From positions 992,001-1,056,000 of the forward strand of contig OZ219866.1 of NCBI GenBank assembly GCA_964291675.2: a stretch of DNA of 64,000 nt, in the 5' to 3' direction. The DNA comes from Alphaproteobacteria bacterium. GTDB taxonomy: Bacteria > Pseudomonadota > Alphaproteobacteria > MPNO01. Shown here one piece after another: positions 16,900 through 27,563 of the stretch. Each line of letters starts with the position of its first letter. Position 1 is the stretch's first letter. A model generated the notes under the pieces. That model had not been told where the DNA came from. It did no database searches and was given only the letters and a program-made list of their open reading frames with translations. The translations under genes were made by a program, and so were the position numbers.

Positions 16900-17544
16900 A
16901 TGCCGCGACCCATGCCGCTCGCCGATGTCGACGCGTTCTACCGCCGTCTCGCGGAAACCATGCCGGCGCCCAGGGGCGAGCTCGAATACCGCAACGAATT
17001 CACCCTGCTGGTCGCCGTCGTCCTGTCGGCGCAGGCGACCGATGTCGGGGTCAACAAGGCGACGGGGCCCCTGTTTGCCGTCGCCGATACGCCGGAGAAG
17101 ATGATCGCGCTGGGCGAGGCGAGGCTCAGGGACCACATCCGCACCATCGGGCTCTACCGCAACAAGGCCAAAAACGTGATCGCGCTGTCCGAGGCGCTGG
17201 TGGCCGATTTCGCCGGCATGGTTCCGCGCCACCGGGATGCGCTCGAAAGCCTGCCCGGGGTGGGACGGAAGACCGCCAACGTGGTGCTCAACATCGCCTT
17301 CGGCGAGCCCAGCATCGCGGTCGACACCCATGTCTTCCGGGTCAGCAACAGGACCGCGCTTGCCCCCGGCAAGGACGTCCGCGCGGTCGAGGACGCCCTG
17401 GTCCGCCGCACGCCCGCGCGCTGGAAGCAGCACGCCCACCACTGGCTGATCCTGCACGGGCGCTATGTCTGCAAGGCCCGGCGGCCCGACTGCCCCGCCT
17501 GCGTCGTCGCCGATCTCTGCCGCTACGGGGCCAAGACCGTCTGA
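16900..17544 (+). CDS. nth: Endonuclease III
   Basis: 'LSAQATD', HhH 'LPGVGRKTANVV', 'VDTH', FCL motif C-x6-CxxC-x5-C. Confidence 0.97.
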   Translation: MPRPMPLADVDAFYRRLAETMPAPRGELEYRNEFTLLVAVVLSAQATDVGVNKATGPLFAVADTPEKMIALGEARLRDHIRTIGLYRNKAKNVIALSEALVADFAGMVPRHRDALESLPGVGRKTANVVLNIAFGEPSIAVDTHVFRVSNRTALAPGKDVRAVEDALVRRTPARWKQHAHHWLILHGRYVCKARRPDCPACVVADLCRYGAKTV

Positions 17545-17547
17545 GGT

Positions 17548-18030
17548 TCAGCCCGTCGGCTGCTGCCTGGCGTGCCGGGCGAGGGCGTTGAGGCACTTGC
17601 GCGGCGGGGTTTGCTCGCCGCCCGGCGCCCAGGACTCGATGTGACGCACCCGGAAGGTCTCGCCGCCGCCGGCCCCACCGGCATAGAGAAACAGGGCAAG
17701 CGCGCAGGTCCCGTGGCGGTAGCGCCAGAGTTCCGTGGGCTTCTCGCTGCGTATGAAGGAGGGCGAGCCGAGCAGCGCCCTGACCTCGTTCCGATCGAGG
17801 CCGATCAGGCTTTTCGGATCGATGTCGAGCGCCGCCGTCCGCTCGGGTTCCGGCCCTGGCGGCGGTGGCGGCTCACCCGACGCGGCTTCGGCCGGCTCCG
17901 CCGGCCCTCCTCCGCCTGGCGGGAGAACGGGCAGCGGCCGCTCCTGAGGGGCGGGACGCGCGCTGTGCTGCAGAAGCAGCGGGTTCTCGATGCGACAGCC
18001 GACGACACCCGCCAGGACGGCGACCGCCAA
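17548..18030 (-). CDS. Putative lipoprotein (SmpA/OmlA-like motif), start uncertain
   Basis: Lipobox-like 'LAGVVGC', Pro-rich linker, 'LIGLD..EV..LLG.P..IR.E...ELWRY'. Confidence 0.6.
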   Translation of the reverse strand: MAVAVLAGVVGCRIENPLLLQHSARPAPQERPLPVLPPGGGGPAEPAEAASGEPPPPPGPEPERTAALDIDPKSLIGLDRNEVRALLGSPSFIRSEKPTELWRYRHGTCALALFLYAGGAGGGETFRVRHIESWAPGGEQTPPRKCLNALARHARQQPTG

Positions 18031-18057
18031 CGCTACTCGACAGGCGGCGAAAATGGT

Positions 18058-18666
18058 CTAGCCGACCGGCGACTCGGCCGCGAGGACGGGGGCTGCCTCA
18101 CGCGAGTCGTCTTCCGAACAGGGCTGCAGCTCGCCGACGATGACGCCGCCGCGCTCCACTTCCAGCTGGCCGAAGGAGATCTTGCCCAGAATCCGCCCCG
18201 AGGCGCGCACCACCAGGGTTTCGCGGGCGACCAGGGACCCCTCGACGGTACCGCTGATCTCCGCCGTTTCGACATCCGCATCGCCCTTGAAGACGCCGGT
18301 GCGGGCGACCTCCAGCTCACGGCAGCCCTCCATCCGGGTCTCGACGAAGCCTTCGACGATCAGCTTTTCGCAGGACTGGATCTGGCCGTTGAGCGAGATG
18401 CTGCGGCCCACCAGGAGACACTTGCCCTCGCTGTCGGCGCCGGGAGAGATGCGTCGGGCGGGCTCCGTTGCCGGGGTGCTGACGCGTCGCGCGGGTCGGG
18501 CCTGGACGACGGCCGCCGGCGCCGGCGAGGCCGCCCGGGCGGGCTCCCTGGACGGGACATCGAGCGATGCCTCGGCGCTTGTATCCTCTTGCCGCGGCAT
18601 CTCTCCGGGGACCTCTTCGTCCCCGGACCGGGCCTCTTCCGCGTCGTTCTTTCTGCGACCGAACAT
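18058..18666 (-). CDS. Polymer-forming cytoskeletal protein (bactofilin)
   Basis: 'L.VGRSISLNGQI..C..LIVEG.VE...', 'GRILGKISFG.LEVERGG.I.GEL' after a disordered N-terminus. Confidence 0.88.
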   Translation of the reverse strand: MFGRRKNDAEEARSGDEEVPGEMPRQEDTSAEASLDVPSREPARAASPAPAAVVQARPARRVSTPATEPARRISPGADSEGKCLLVGRSISLNGQIQSCEKLIVEGFVETRMEGCRELEVARTGVFKGDADVETAEISGTVEGSLVARETLVVRASGRILGKISFGQLEVERGGVIVGELQPCSEDDSREAAPVLAAESPVG

Positions 18667-18739
18667 ATCCAATACCCCCTGGCCGGCGTCCGGCGACGTA
18701 CTCATTCGATCTGCCTCCGCATCGGGCCGGACGGCGGCG

Positions 18740-19411
18740 TCATGTCCCCGCATCACGCCGCTCCATGGCGTCGAACTCGTGTACCATAAACGCTGTTGCG
18801 ATCATGGGCATCAACCAATTGATGACCGGGATGCTTAACAGAAGCGTGATCAGAATCCCTCCGACAAAGATCCGCCACCGGAATTTCCGGCATGCGCGCC
18901 GCGCCGTGCGCGGCTCCAGTCGGCGCAGCGCGACCAGCTCGAAATATTCACGTCCCAACAAATAGCCGTTCAACCCGTAGAAAACAAAGACATTTATTCC
19001 CGGCACCAAGTACAGCGGCAGGACCAGAAGGTTGAGCGCGAGCGCGATCAGGACGAGCTTCGCGGTGGAGAAGGTGGACGACAATATCGACTGGCCCGGC
19101 GCCTCCGGCTTGTCCGGGTAGTGCCTGGCATCGACCGCGTCGGCGATTTCCTCGAGGAAGAGGCCGACCACCAGGGTCGCGACCAGCGGGAACAGCATGA
19201 CTGCCACGATCGCCGCGCCCGCCCCGGCGACCGCCTTGATCGTCCAATCCAGCCAGGCGATGCCAACCAGCTCGATGGCGTGAAGCGCCCAGCCCACGGC
19301 GAAGATCAGCGCGGCGAACAGCGCTGCGGAGATCGCGGCGGTCTTGAGGGCGACCGCGCGGAAGGCCGGATCGAGGGCCTGTCGAACGGCGAGCAGCAGG
19401 TTCCTTGGCAT
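18740..19411 (-). CDS. EI24/CysZ-like membrane protein
   Basis: 'Q..DP.FR', 'GLFLEEIADAV.ARHYP', 'NGYLLGREYFELVALR'. Confidence 0.85.
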   Translation of the reverse strand: MPRNLLLAVRQALDPAFRAVALKTAAISAALFAALIFAVGWALHAIELVGIAWLDWTIKAVAGAGAAIVAVMLFPLVATLVVGLFLEEIADAVDARHYPDKPEAPGQSILSSTFSTAKLVLIALALNLLVLPLYLVPGINVFVFYGLNGYLLGREYFELVALRRLEPRTARRACRKFRWRIFVGGILITLLLSIPVINWLMPMIATAFMVHEFDAMERRDAGT

Positions 19412-19521
19412 CGGCGGCACTCGAACGGCGTAAGGGCACTGCGCGGGTTCGCCGCACCCGGCGCCGCCAGTATACTGGCGCGGCGCCAGAGCTGCGACCG
19501 CACGCACCCGAAGAGGTATCC

Positions 19522-20514
19522 ATGGCCGCCGACCCCGCGCCGTTCGACGCCGTCGGCCTCGGCAACGCGATCGTCGACGTCGTGGTGCAGACCGACGACG
19601 CCACGCTCGCCGAACTCGCCCTGCGAAAGGGCGCGACGACGTTGATCGATGCCGACCGGGCGTCCGGCCTGCAACGCTATGTCGAGGACGGGCTGGAAGT
19701 TTCCGGCGGCTCGGCGGCGAACACCATCGCCGGGCTCGCCTCGCTGGGCGGCAGGGGCGCCTTTCTCGGCAAGGTCGGCGGCGACCGGCTGGGCGAGGTG
19801 TTCCGCACCGACATCACGGCGATCGGCGTGGAATACCGCTCGCCGCCGGCGCCTGCCGGTCTCGAGACCGCGCGCTGCCTGGTCCTGGTCACGCCCGATG
19901 CGGAGCGGACGATGCTGACCTTTCTCGGCGTCTCGACCGCTTTCGGTCCGGAGGACGTCGACCGGGAGCTGATCGGCAAGGCCGCGATCACCTATCTGGA
20001 GGGGTACCTGTTCGACGAGGAGCGGGCGAAGGCCGCATTCGTGCGCGCCGCCGAGCTCGCCCACGCCGCCGGCCGCAAGGTCGCGCTGTCGCTCTCCGAT
20101 CCGTTCTGCGTCGAGCGCCACCGCGGCGCGTTCCGCCATCTCGTGCGCGGCCATGTCGACATCCTGTTCGCCAACGAGGCCGAGATCACCGCGCTTTACG
20201 AGGTCGAAAGCTTCGACGAGGCCTGCCGGCTGGCGGGCGCCGAATGCGCCTTTGCGGCGCTCACCAGGGGGGCCGCCGGTTCGTCCATCGTCGCCGACGG
20301 CAGGATCTCGCCAGTCGCCGCGGCGCCGGTCCCGCGGGTTCTCGACACCACGGGTGCCGGCGATCTCTATGCCGCGGGCGTGCTGTTCGGACTTGCCCGG
20401 GGCTACGAGCCCGAGCGATGCGGGAGCATCGGCGCCATCGCCGCGGCCGAAATCGTCGGCCATTACGGCGCCCGCCCGCGGGCGCGGCTTGCCGATCTGC
20501 TGCCCGCCGCCTGA
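19522..20514 (+). CDS. Adenosine kinase (PfkB family)
   Basis: 'GNAIVD', 'SGGSAANT', 'ERTM.TFLG', 'LSLSDPFCV', 'DTTGAGDLYAAG'. Confidence 0.9.
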   Translation: MAADPAPFDAVGLGNAIVDVVVQTDDATLAELALRKGATTLIDADRASGLQRYVEDGLEVSGGSAANTIAGLASLGGRGAFLGKVGGDRLGEVFRTDITAIGVEYRSPPAPAGLETARCLVLVTPDAERTMLTFLGVSTAFGPEDVDRELIGKAAITYLEGYLFDEERAKAAFVRAAELAHAAGRKVALSLSDPFCVERHRGAFRHLVRGHVDILFANEAEITALYEVESFDEACRLAGAECAFAALTRGAAGSSIVADGRISPVAAAPVPRVLDTTGAGDLYAAGVLFGLARGYEPERCGSIGAIAAAEIVGHYGARPRARLADLLPAA

Positions 20515-20553
20515 AAAACGGCGAATATCCCGGTCCGACGAGGCACGCCCGGC

Positions 20554-22371
20554 ATGGAGCTTCGCAACATCGCCCTGATCGCGCATGTCGATCACGGCAA
20601 GACGACGCTCGTCGACTCGATGTTCCGGGCCGCGGGCGCGATACGCGCCAACCAGCGCATCGCCGACCGCGCGCTCGATTCGGGCGACCAGGAACGCGAG
20701 CGCGGCATCACCATCCTCGCCAAGTGCACCGCCGTGGTCTGGCGCGGCACCAAGATCAACATCGTCGACACCCCGGGTCACGCCGATTTCGGCGGCGAGG
20801 TGGAGCGTATCCTGTCGATGGTGGACGGCGCGCTGCTGCTGGTCGACGCCGCCGAAGGCCCCATGCCGCAGACCAAGTTCGTGCTCGCCAAGGCGCTCGG
20901 GCGCGGGCTCGCGCCGATCGTGGTGATCAACAAGGTGGACCGCCGCGACGGCCGGCCGCATGCCGTCGTCGACGCGGCGTTCGACCTGTTCGCCGCGCTC
21001 GGCGCCGACGAGCGGCAGCTCGATTTCCCCATAATCTACGCCTCCGCCCGGGAGGGCTGGGCGGCGCGCGAGCTCGATGCGCCGAGGGCCGGGATGGAGC
21101 CGCTGTTCGATGCCATACTGAACGAGGTCGCGCCGCCGCCTCCCGACCCCGGCGGCGCCTTCGCCATGCTCGCCAGCATCCTCGAATACGATGCCCATCT
21201 CGGCCGCGTGCTGACCGGGCGCATCGCGCGCGGCACGGCCGAGGTCAACATGCCGGTGACGGTGCTCAACCGCGACGGCGAAACCGTCGAGCAGTCCCGC
21301 ATGACCAAGCTGCTGACCTTCAACGGGCTTGCCCGCGTGCCCGCGCGACGGGTCTCCGCCGGCGACATCGTGGCCATCGCCGGGCTCAAGACCGCGACCG
21401 TCGCCGATACCGTCGCCGCGGCGGAGCGCCCGGCCGCGCTCGCCGCATCGCCGGTCGATCCGCCCACGCTTGCGATGCGGTTTACCATCAACGATTCGCC
21501 GCTGGCCGGAAACGACGGCGACAAGGTGACCTCGCGCCTGCTGCGCGACCGCCTGTTCCGCGAGGCCGAAAGCAATGTCGCCATCGATCTCAGCGCCATC
21601 GAGGGCGAGGACGGCGTCGAGGTGCGCGGCCGGGGCGAGCTGCAGCTCGGCGTCCTGATCGAGACCCTGCGGCGCGAGGGCTTCGAGCTGTCGGTGTCGC
21701 GGCCGCGCGTGCTCTACCGCGTCGACCCCGGGACCGGCGCCCGGCTGGAGCCGCTCGAAGAGGTGATCGTCGACGTCGACGACGCCCATGTCGGCGTGGT
21801 CGTCGAGTCGCTGGGCCGCCGGCGCGGCGAGATGTCCGACATGCGCCCGTCGGGCGGCGGCAAGACGCGGATCGGCTTCATCGCGCCGTCGCGCGGGCTG
21901 ATCGGCTTCCTCGGCGAGCTGATGAACGACACCCGCGGCACCGGGGTCATGTCCCGCGTGTTCCACGGCTATGGCCCGCACCGCGGCGAGCTGGAGGATC
22001 GGCGGCGCGGCGTGCTGATCTCCACCGGCGACGGGGAGGCGGTGGAATACGCGCTGCACAACCTGGAGGAGCGCGGCGTGCTGTTCGTCGAACCCGGCGA
22101 GCGGATCTATCGCGGGATGATCGTCGGCGAACACAGACGGGGCAACGATCTCGAGGTCAACCCGCTCAGGACCAAGCAGCTCACCAATATCCGCGCCGCC
22201 GGCAAGGACGACTCGATCCGCCTGACGCCGGCGCGCAGGCTGCGGCTGGAGGAGGCCATCTCCTACATCGCCGGAGACGAGCTGGTCGAGGTGACGCCGA
22301 AGAGCATCCGCCTGCGCAAGACGCTGCTCGACCCGCATGCGCGCCGGCGGGCGGCGCGCGGTGCCCGCTGA
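20554..22371 (+). CDS. typA: Translational GTPase TypA/BipA
   Basis: '[18 protein letters not shown]', '[11 protein letters not shown]', '[14 protein letters not shown]', 'GRGELQL', '[14 protein letters not shown]'. Confidence 0.97.
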   Translation: MELRNIALIAHVDHGKTTLVDSMFRAAGAIRANQRIADRALDSGDQERERGITILAKCTAVVWRGTKINIVDTPGHADFGGEVERILSMVDGALLLVDAAEGPMPQTKFVLAKALGRGLAPIVVINKVDRRDGRPHAVVDAAFDLFAALGADERQLDFPIIYASAREGWAARELDAPRAGMEPLFDAILNEVAPPPPDPGGAFAMLASILEYDAHLGRVLTGRIARGTAEVNMPVTVLNRDGETVEQSRMTKLLTFNGLARVPARRVSAGDIVAIAGLKTATVADTVAAAERPAALAASPVDPPTLAMRFTINDSPLAGNDGDKVTSRLLRDRLFREAESNVAIDLSAIEGEDGVEVRGRGELQLGVLIETLRREGFELSVSRPRVLYRVDPGTGARLEPLEEVIVDVDDAHVGVVVESLGRRRGEMSDMRPSGGGKTRIGFIAPSRGLIGFLGELMNDTRGTGVMSRVFHGYGPHRGELEDRRRGVLISTGDGEAVEYALHNLEERGVLFVEPGERIYRGMIVGEHRRGNDLEVNPLRTKQLTNIRAAGKDDSIRLTPARRLRLEEAISYIAGDELVEVTPKSIRLRKTLLDPHARRRAARGAR

Positions 22372-22428
22372 ACCGGCGCCCGGCCTCGCGGTGCTGCCGG
22401 TCGCCGCTAGGCGCGCGCCGGCGCCCGG

Positions 22429-23121
22429 TCAGTCGGGGGAGGCTTCGAGGCCGTAGCCGGCCGAGCGGACGGTGCGGATGACATCCGATTGACCGCCGTC
22501 GTTGAGCGCCTTGCGCAGCCGGCGGATGTGCACGTCGACCGTGCGCGTTTCGACATAGATGTCGTGCCCCCAGACGGCGTCGATCAGCTGGTTGCGCGAG
22601 AACACGCGGCCGGGGTGCTCCATCATGTAGCGCAGCAGGCGGAACTCGGTCGGGCCGAGCCTGACGCCGCGGCCGTTCCTGGTCACCCGGTGCGCGGCGA
22701 GATCCATCTCGATGTCGCTGAAGGCAAGCCGTTCCGCCGCGAGAGCCGGGCGTACCCGGCGCAGCACGGCGCGGATTCGGGCAAGCAGCTCGTCGGTCGA
22801 GAACGGCTTCGAGATGTAGTCGTCCGCGCCGGTGTCGAGCCCGCGGATGCGGTCCGTCTCCTCGGCGCGCGCGGTGAGGATGATGATCGGCACGTTGCGG
22901 GTGGCCGGCTTGCGCCGGAGCTGGCGGCAGACCTCGATGCCGCTCATATGCGGCATCATCCAGTCGAGCAGCACCAGATCGACCCGCTGTTCGGCGACGA
23001 CCGTCAAAGCCTCCTCGCCGTCGGGGGCGGTGACCACGTCGAGCCCCGCGCGTTCCAGGTTGTAGCGCAGCAGGGTCACCAGATCCGCCTCGTCATCGAC
23101 CAGCAGGACGACCGGTCTCAT
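22429..23121 (-). CDS. phoB: Phosphate regulon response regulator PhoB
   Basis: 'LLDWMMP..SGIEVCR', 'LGPTEFRLL', 'RTVDVHIRRLRK'. Last gene of the pst operon. Confidence 0.96.
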   Translation of the reverse strand: MRPVVLLVDDEADLVTLLRYNLERAGLDVVTAPDGEEALTVVAEQRVDLVLLDWMMPHMSGIEVCRQLRRKPATRNVPIIILTARAEETDRIRGLDTGADDYISKPFSTDELLARIRAVLRRVRPALAAERLAFSDIEMDLAAHRVTRNGRGVRLGPTEFRLLRYMMEHPGRVFSRNQLIDAVWGHDIYVETRTVDVHIRRLRKALNDGGQSDVIRTVRSAGYGLEASPD

Positions 23122-23158
23122 CGCGCTCCGTTCTCTGCGCTGGCGGTGACGACGCGGG

Positions 23159-23872
23159 TCACTTCGCATCGCCGCCGACCTCGTGATCGGCAGTGCTGCC
23201 GCGCGGCCGCGTCCGGCGCATGCGCGTGCCTTCCACCAGGTAATGGATGATCTCGGCGATGTTGGTCACATGGTCGCCGATGCGCTCGATATGCTTGGCG
23301 ATGAACAGCAGGTGGGTGCAGGGGGTGATGCTGCGCGGGTCCTCCATCATGTAGGTCAACAGCTCGCGGAACAGGCTGGTGTACATGTCGTCGACCTCGC
23401 GGTCGGAGGCCCAGACCGTCATCGCCTTGTCGAGGTTGCGCTCGATATAGGCGTCCAGCACCTCCTTGATCATCTGCTGGACCTGCCGGCTCATGCGCGG
23501 AATCGCGTGTACCGGCCGCACCGGCGCCACCTCGGAGAGCGCCAGCGACCGCCGCGCGATGTTCGAGGCGTAGTCGGCGATGCGTTCGAGGTCGGCGGCG
23601 ATCTTCAGCGCCGAAACGATGTTGCGCAGGTCGAGCCCCATCGGCTGGCGCAGCGCGATCAGCACCGTCGCCTTCTCGTCGATCTCGTAGTTGAGATCGT
23701 CCACCCGCTCGTCGTCGGCGACCACCGTTTCCGCGAGGTCGGGGTTGCGGTTGACCAGCGCCTCGATCGCGCGGGCGATCTGCGACTCGGTGAGCCCGCC
23801 CATCCGCGCGATCATGTCGTTGAGGTCGCGCAGCTCCTCGTCATAGGACCTGACGATGTGTTCTGCTTCCAT
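23159..23872 (-). CDS. phoU: Phosphate signalling protein PhoU
   Basis: 'HIV.SYDEEL', 'RQP...DLR', 'DLERIADYA', 'ERIGDH.TNIAE'. Confidence 0.97.
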   Translation of the reverse strand: MEAEHIVRSYDEELRDLNDMIARMGGLTESQIARAIEALVNRNPDLAETVVADDERVDDLNYEIDEKATVLIALRQPMGLDLRNIVSALKIAADLERIADYASNIARRSLALSEVAPVRPVHAIPRMSRQVQQMIKEVLDAYIERNLDKAMTVWASDREVDDMYTSLFRELLTYMMEDPRSITPCTHLLFIAKHIERIGDHVTNIAEIIHYLVEGTRMRRTRPRGSTADHEVGGDAK

Positions 23873-23906
23873 GCCTGCTCCTCCAGCCGCCCGCCCCGCC
23901 GCGCCG

Positions 23907-24746
23907 CTAGCCGAACCGCCCGGTGATGTAGCCCTGCGTGCGTTCGTCGCTGGGGTTGGTGAAGATCTGCTCGGTGCTGCCCACCTCCACCAGATTGCCG
24001 AGGTGGAAGAAGGCGGTCTTCTGCGATACCCGCGCGGCCTGCTGCATCGAATGGGTGACGATGACGATGGTGAAGTTTTGCCGCAGCTCGTCGATCAGCT
24101 CCTCGATCCGGGCGGTGGCGATGGGGTCGAGCGCGGAGCACGGCTCGTCCATCAGGATCACCTCCGGGCTGATGGCGATCGCGCGGGCGATGCAGAGCCT
24201 TTGCTGCTGGCCGCCGGATAGCCCGGTTCCGGGCTCGTCGATGCGGTCCTTGACCTCTTCGAGCAATCCGGCGCGGTCGAGGCTCGAATGGACGATGTCG
24301 TCGAGCTCGGCGCGGTTCGCCGCGGTGCCGTGGATGCGCGGGCCGTAGGCGACGTTGTCGTAGATCGACTTGGGGAACGGGTTGGGCTTCTGGAACACCA
24401 TGCCGACGCGCGCGCGCAGCAGCACCACGTCGAGGGACGGGTCGTAGATGTCCTCCCCGTCGAGCGTCATCCGGCCGACCACGCGGCAGCTTTCGATGAC
24501 GTCGTTCATCCGGTTGAGGCAGCGCAGGAAGGTCGACTTGCCGCAGCCCGACGGGCCGATCAGCGCCGTCACCTGGTGTTCCGGGATGTCGATGTCGACG
24601 TTCCTGAGCGCCTCCTTCTCGCCGTAGAAGACGCCCACCCCCGTCGCCTCGATCTTGGTCGCCGGAAAATTGCGGCGCGCGGGCTCGACTCCCTCCCCGC
24701 CGCTCGGATCCGCGGTCCGGACCATCGTCGCCGTCGCTTCGTCCAT
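23907..24746 (-). CDS. pstB: Phosphate ABC transporter ATPase
   Basis: 'GPSGCGKST', '[13 protein letters not shown]', '[13 protein letters not shown]', 'DEPCSALDP', 'YITGRFG'. Confidence 0.98.
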   Translation of the reverse strand: MDEATATMVRTADPSGGEGVEPARRNFPATKIEATGVGVFYGEKEALRNVDIDIPEHQVTALIGPSGCGKSTFLRCLNRMNDVIESCRVVGRMTLDGEDIYDPSLDVVLLRARVGMVFQKPNPFPKSIYDNVAYGPRIHGTAANRAELDDIVHSSLDRAGLLEEVKDRIDEPGTGLSGGQQQRLCIARAIAISPEVILMDEPCSALDPIATARIEELIDELRQNFTIVIVTHSMQQAARVSQKTAFFHLGNLVEVGSTEQIFTNPSDERTQGYITGRFG

Positions 24747-24780
24747 CGTTTCCCTCCGTCCGGCGGGGCCCGTCCCCGGG

Positions 24781-26103
24781 CTACCAGCGCCGTTCGAACT
24801 TGCGCCTCAGATAGATCGCCAGCGCGTTCATGACCACCAGGAAACCGAGCAGAATCATGATCGCGGCGCTGGTCTTCTCGACAAAGCTCCGCTCCGGCAT
24901 GTCGCTCCAGAGATAGATCTGCACCGGCAGCACGGTGGCCGGGCTCAGCGGGTCGGTCGGAATGTCGACGATGAAGGCGACCATGCCGATCATCAGCAGC
25001 GGCGCGGTCTCGCCCAGCGCCTGGGCCATGCCGATGATGGTGCCGGTGAGGATGCCGGGCAGCGCCAGCGGCAGCACGTGATGGGTGATCACCTGGAGCT
25101 TCGATGCGCCGATGCCGAGCGCCGCCTCGCGGATCGAGGGCGGCACCGCCTTCAGCGCGGCCCGGGTCGCGATGATGATCGTCGGCAGGGTCATCAGCGC
25201 CAGCACCATGCCGCCGGCCAGCGGCGCCGAGCGCGGCACCCCGAAGAAGTTGAGGATCACCGCGAGCCCGAGCAGCCCGAAGACGATCGACGGCACCGCC
25301 GCGAGGTTGTTGATGTTGACCTCGATCAGGTCGGTCCAGCGGTTCCTGGGGGCGAACTCCTCGAGATAGACCGCCGCCCCGACGCCGACCGGGAAGGACA
25401 GCAGCAGCGTCACCATCATGGTGAAGAACGAGCCCATGATGGCGCCCCAGATCCCCGCCAGCTCCGGCTCGCGCGAGGCGCCGGACGAGAAGAACCTTGT
25501 GTTGAACCTGGTCTCCACCCGGTCGTCGGCGGCAAGCGCGTCGAACCAGGCGAGCTGCCGGTCATCGATCGGGCGCTCCCGTTGCGGGCGGTCGCGCTCG
25601 ATCTTGCCCTTGACCAGCATGTCGACATGGTCCGAGGCGGTCAGCCAGACCTCCTGGCGGGTGCCGACGATCGAGGGGTCGGCCAGCACCATGTCGCGCA
25701 GATCGTCCTCCGCGCCCTGGCTCAAGAGCGCGTAGAGCGAGCGCCGGTCGCGCCGCTTCTTCGCATCCCCGAACCGGTCGCGCAGCGCCTGCTTGTAGAT
25801 CGCTCCGTAATTGGCCCCGGCGAGGGCTTCGGGCGTGTTCCTGCCCGACGGGTCGAGCAGCTCGGCGTCGAACAGCACGTCGAGCTTGATATGGGTGTGG
25901 ACGAACGCCTGATAGCCCTGGGCTGCGATGCTGAACAGGAGCCAGACCAGCGCGACCATGGCGGTCGCGATGGCGATGACGCCATAGGCCTTGAACCGGC
26001 GTTCCGCGGCGTAGCGGCGGCGCAGCCGGCGCGCATCCAGCGTCGGCCGGCTCGCCGCCGGGTGCCGCGGTCGCGCGCCCGATGCGTCTGCCGCGTCAGT
26101 CAT
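24781..26103 (-). CDS. pstA: Phosphate ABC transporter permease PstA
   Basis: '[17 protein letters not shown]', '[11 protein letters not shown]', 'ALGETAPL'. Confidence 0.96.
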   Translation of the reverse strand: MTDAADASGARPRHPAASRPTLDARRLRRRYAAERRFKAYGVIAIATAMVALVWLLFSIAAQGYQAFVHTHIKLDVLFDAELLDPSGRNTPEALAGANYGAIYKQALRDRFGDAKKRRDRRSLYALLSQGAEDDLRDMVLADPSIVGTRQEVWLTASDHVDMLVKGKIERDRPQRERPIDDRQLAWFDALAADDRVETRFNTRFFSSGASREPELAGIWGAIMGSFFTMMVTLLLSFPVGVGAAVYLEEFAPRNRWTDLIEVNINNLAAVPSIVFGLLGLAVILNFFGVPRSAPLAGGMVLALMTLPTIIIATRAALKAVPPSIREAALGIGASKLQVITHHVLPLALPGILTGTIIGMAQALGETAPLLMIGMVAFIVDIPTDPLSPATVLPVQIYLWSDMPERSFVEKTSAAIMILLGFLVVMNALAIYLRRKFERRW

Positions 26104-27478
26104 ATTGCTCCCTGTACTTGCGCACCACGTGCAGGGCGACGACGTTCATCGCCAGCGTGATGACGAACAGCACCAGGCCGAGCGCGAACGCCGCCAGGGT
26201 CTTGGCGCTGTCGAATTCCTGGTCGCCGATCAGCAGGGTGACGATCTGGACGGTCACCGTGGTCACCGCCTCGAACGGGTTGGCGGTGAGATTCGCCGCG
26301 AGCCCCGCCGCCATGACCACGATCATCGTCTCGCCGATCGCCCGGCTGACCGCGAGCAGGCAGGCCGCGAAAATGCCGGGGAGAGCGGCCGGCAGGATTA
26401 CCCGCCTGATGGTCTCCGACTTGGTGGCGCCCATCGCCAGCGAGCCGTTGCGCAGCGATTGCGGCACGGCGTTCATCACGTCGTCGGACAGCGAGGAGAT
26501 GAACGGGATGATCATGATCCCCATCACCGTCCCGGCGGCGAGCGCGCTCTCCGAGGCCACGTCGAGCCCGACCGATTCGCCGATCCCGCGGAATACCGGG
26601 GCGACGGTCAGCGCGGCGAAGAATCCGTAAACCACCGTCGGGATGCCGGCCAGGATCTCGACCACCGGCTTGACCGCGCCGCGCACCCTGGGATCGGCGT
26701 AGTCGGACAGGTAGATCGCCGACAGCAGGCCCACCGGCACCGCGATCAGCATGGCGATCAGGGTGATCAGCATGGTTCCGGCGAATAGCGGGATCGCCCC
26801 GAACACGCCGGTCGAGCCGACCTGGTCGGCGCGCAGCGCGGTCTGCGGGCTCCATACGACGCCGAAGACGAAATCGAAGAACGGGATCTCGCCGAAGAAC
26901 CGGATCGATTCGAAGACCAGCGAAAGCACGATGCCGACGGTGGTCAGGATGGCGATCGACGAACACGCGACAAGCAGGATGTCGATCGTCCTTTCCACCC
27001 GGTTGCGCGCCCGGAGCGCCGGCGCGACGCGGCCCCGCGCGAAGGCGAGACCGGCGATGGCAAGCGCCAGCGCGATCGCCGCGAGCGCGCCCTTGCCGGT
27101 CGCGTCCAGACGGTTGAGATGCGCCGCCGCCGCCGCCACATGGGGCGCGGCGCGGCTCGCCGGGATGGTGCCGTCGGCGGCGTTGCGGATGTCGTTCAGC
27201 AGGAGCGACATCCGGTCCGGGCCGAGACCGCGCATCGCCTCCGGCAGGGCGGAGACCACGATGCTCTCGATGACGCTGGGCTGGGCGAGCAGCCAGAGCA
27301 CGAAAATCCCGAGCGCCGGCAGGGCGCACCACAGCGCCACATAGGCGCCGTAATAGCCGGGCCGCGAATGCATCGAATGGCTGCGGCCGCCGGCCAGGGC
27401 GAGGGCCCGGCGACGGCCCAGGTAGTAGCCGAATATCGAAAGCGCGAGCAGCGCGATGATCAGTGAAAGCGGAGACAT
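26096..27478 (-). CDS. pstC: Phosphate ABC transporter permease PstC
   Basis: 'LAGIPTVVYGFFA', 'VSRAIGETMIVVMAAG'. Confidence 0.96.
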   Translation of the reverse strand: MSPLSLIIALLALSIFGYYLGRRRALALAGGRSHSMHSRPGYYGAYVALWCALPALGIFVLWLLAQPSVIESIVVSALPEAMRGLGPDRMSLLLNDIRNAADGTIPASRAAPHVAAAAAHLNRLDATGKGALAAIALALAIAGLAFARGRVAPALRARNRVERTIDILLVACSSIAILTTVGIVLSLVFESIRFFGEIPFFDFVFGVVWSPQTALRADQVGSTGVFGAIPLFAGTMLITLIAMLIAVPVGLLSAIYLSDYADPRVRGAVKPVVEILAGIPTVVYGFFAALTVAPVFRGIGESVGLDVASESALAAGTVMGIMIIPFISSLSDDVMNAVPQSLRNGSLAMGATKSETIRRVILPAALPGIFAACLLAVSRAIGETMIVVMAAGLAANLTANPFEAVTTVTVQIVTLLIGDQEFDSAKTLAAFALGLVLFVITLAMNVVALHVVRKYREQYD

Positions 27479-27525
27479 TGCCCGTTGGATCGCTTTCCGC
27501 TGCCGGCGTCGGTCGCGAGCTTGCC

Positions 27526-27554
27526 GGCCGGGCGGCGACCGATTCCGCCCGGCC
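27526..27554 (-). terminator. Intercistronic 10-bp stem-loop after pstS (mRNA stabiliser/attenuator)
   Basis: GGCCGGGCGG-N9-CCGCCCGGCC; no poly-U tail. Confidence 0.5.
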
Positions 27555-27563
27555 GTTACGCAG

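Noticed and set aside
19306-22338. Long antisense ORFs (also 340-2352, 5047-7437, 32731-35916, 48759-51377, 58526-61147, 62708-63997)
   Set aside because: They mirror real genes on the opposite strand and have no recognisable motifs.
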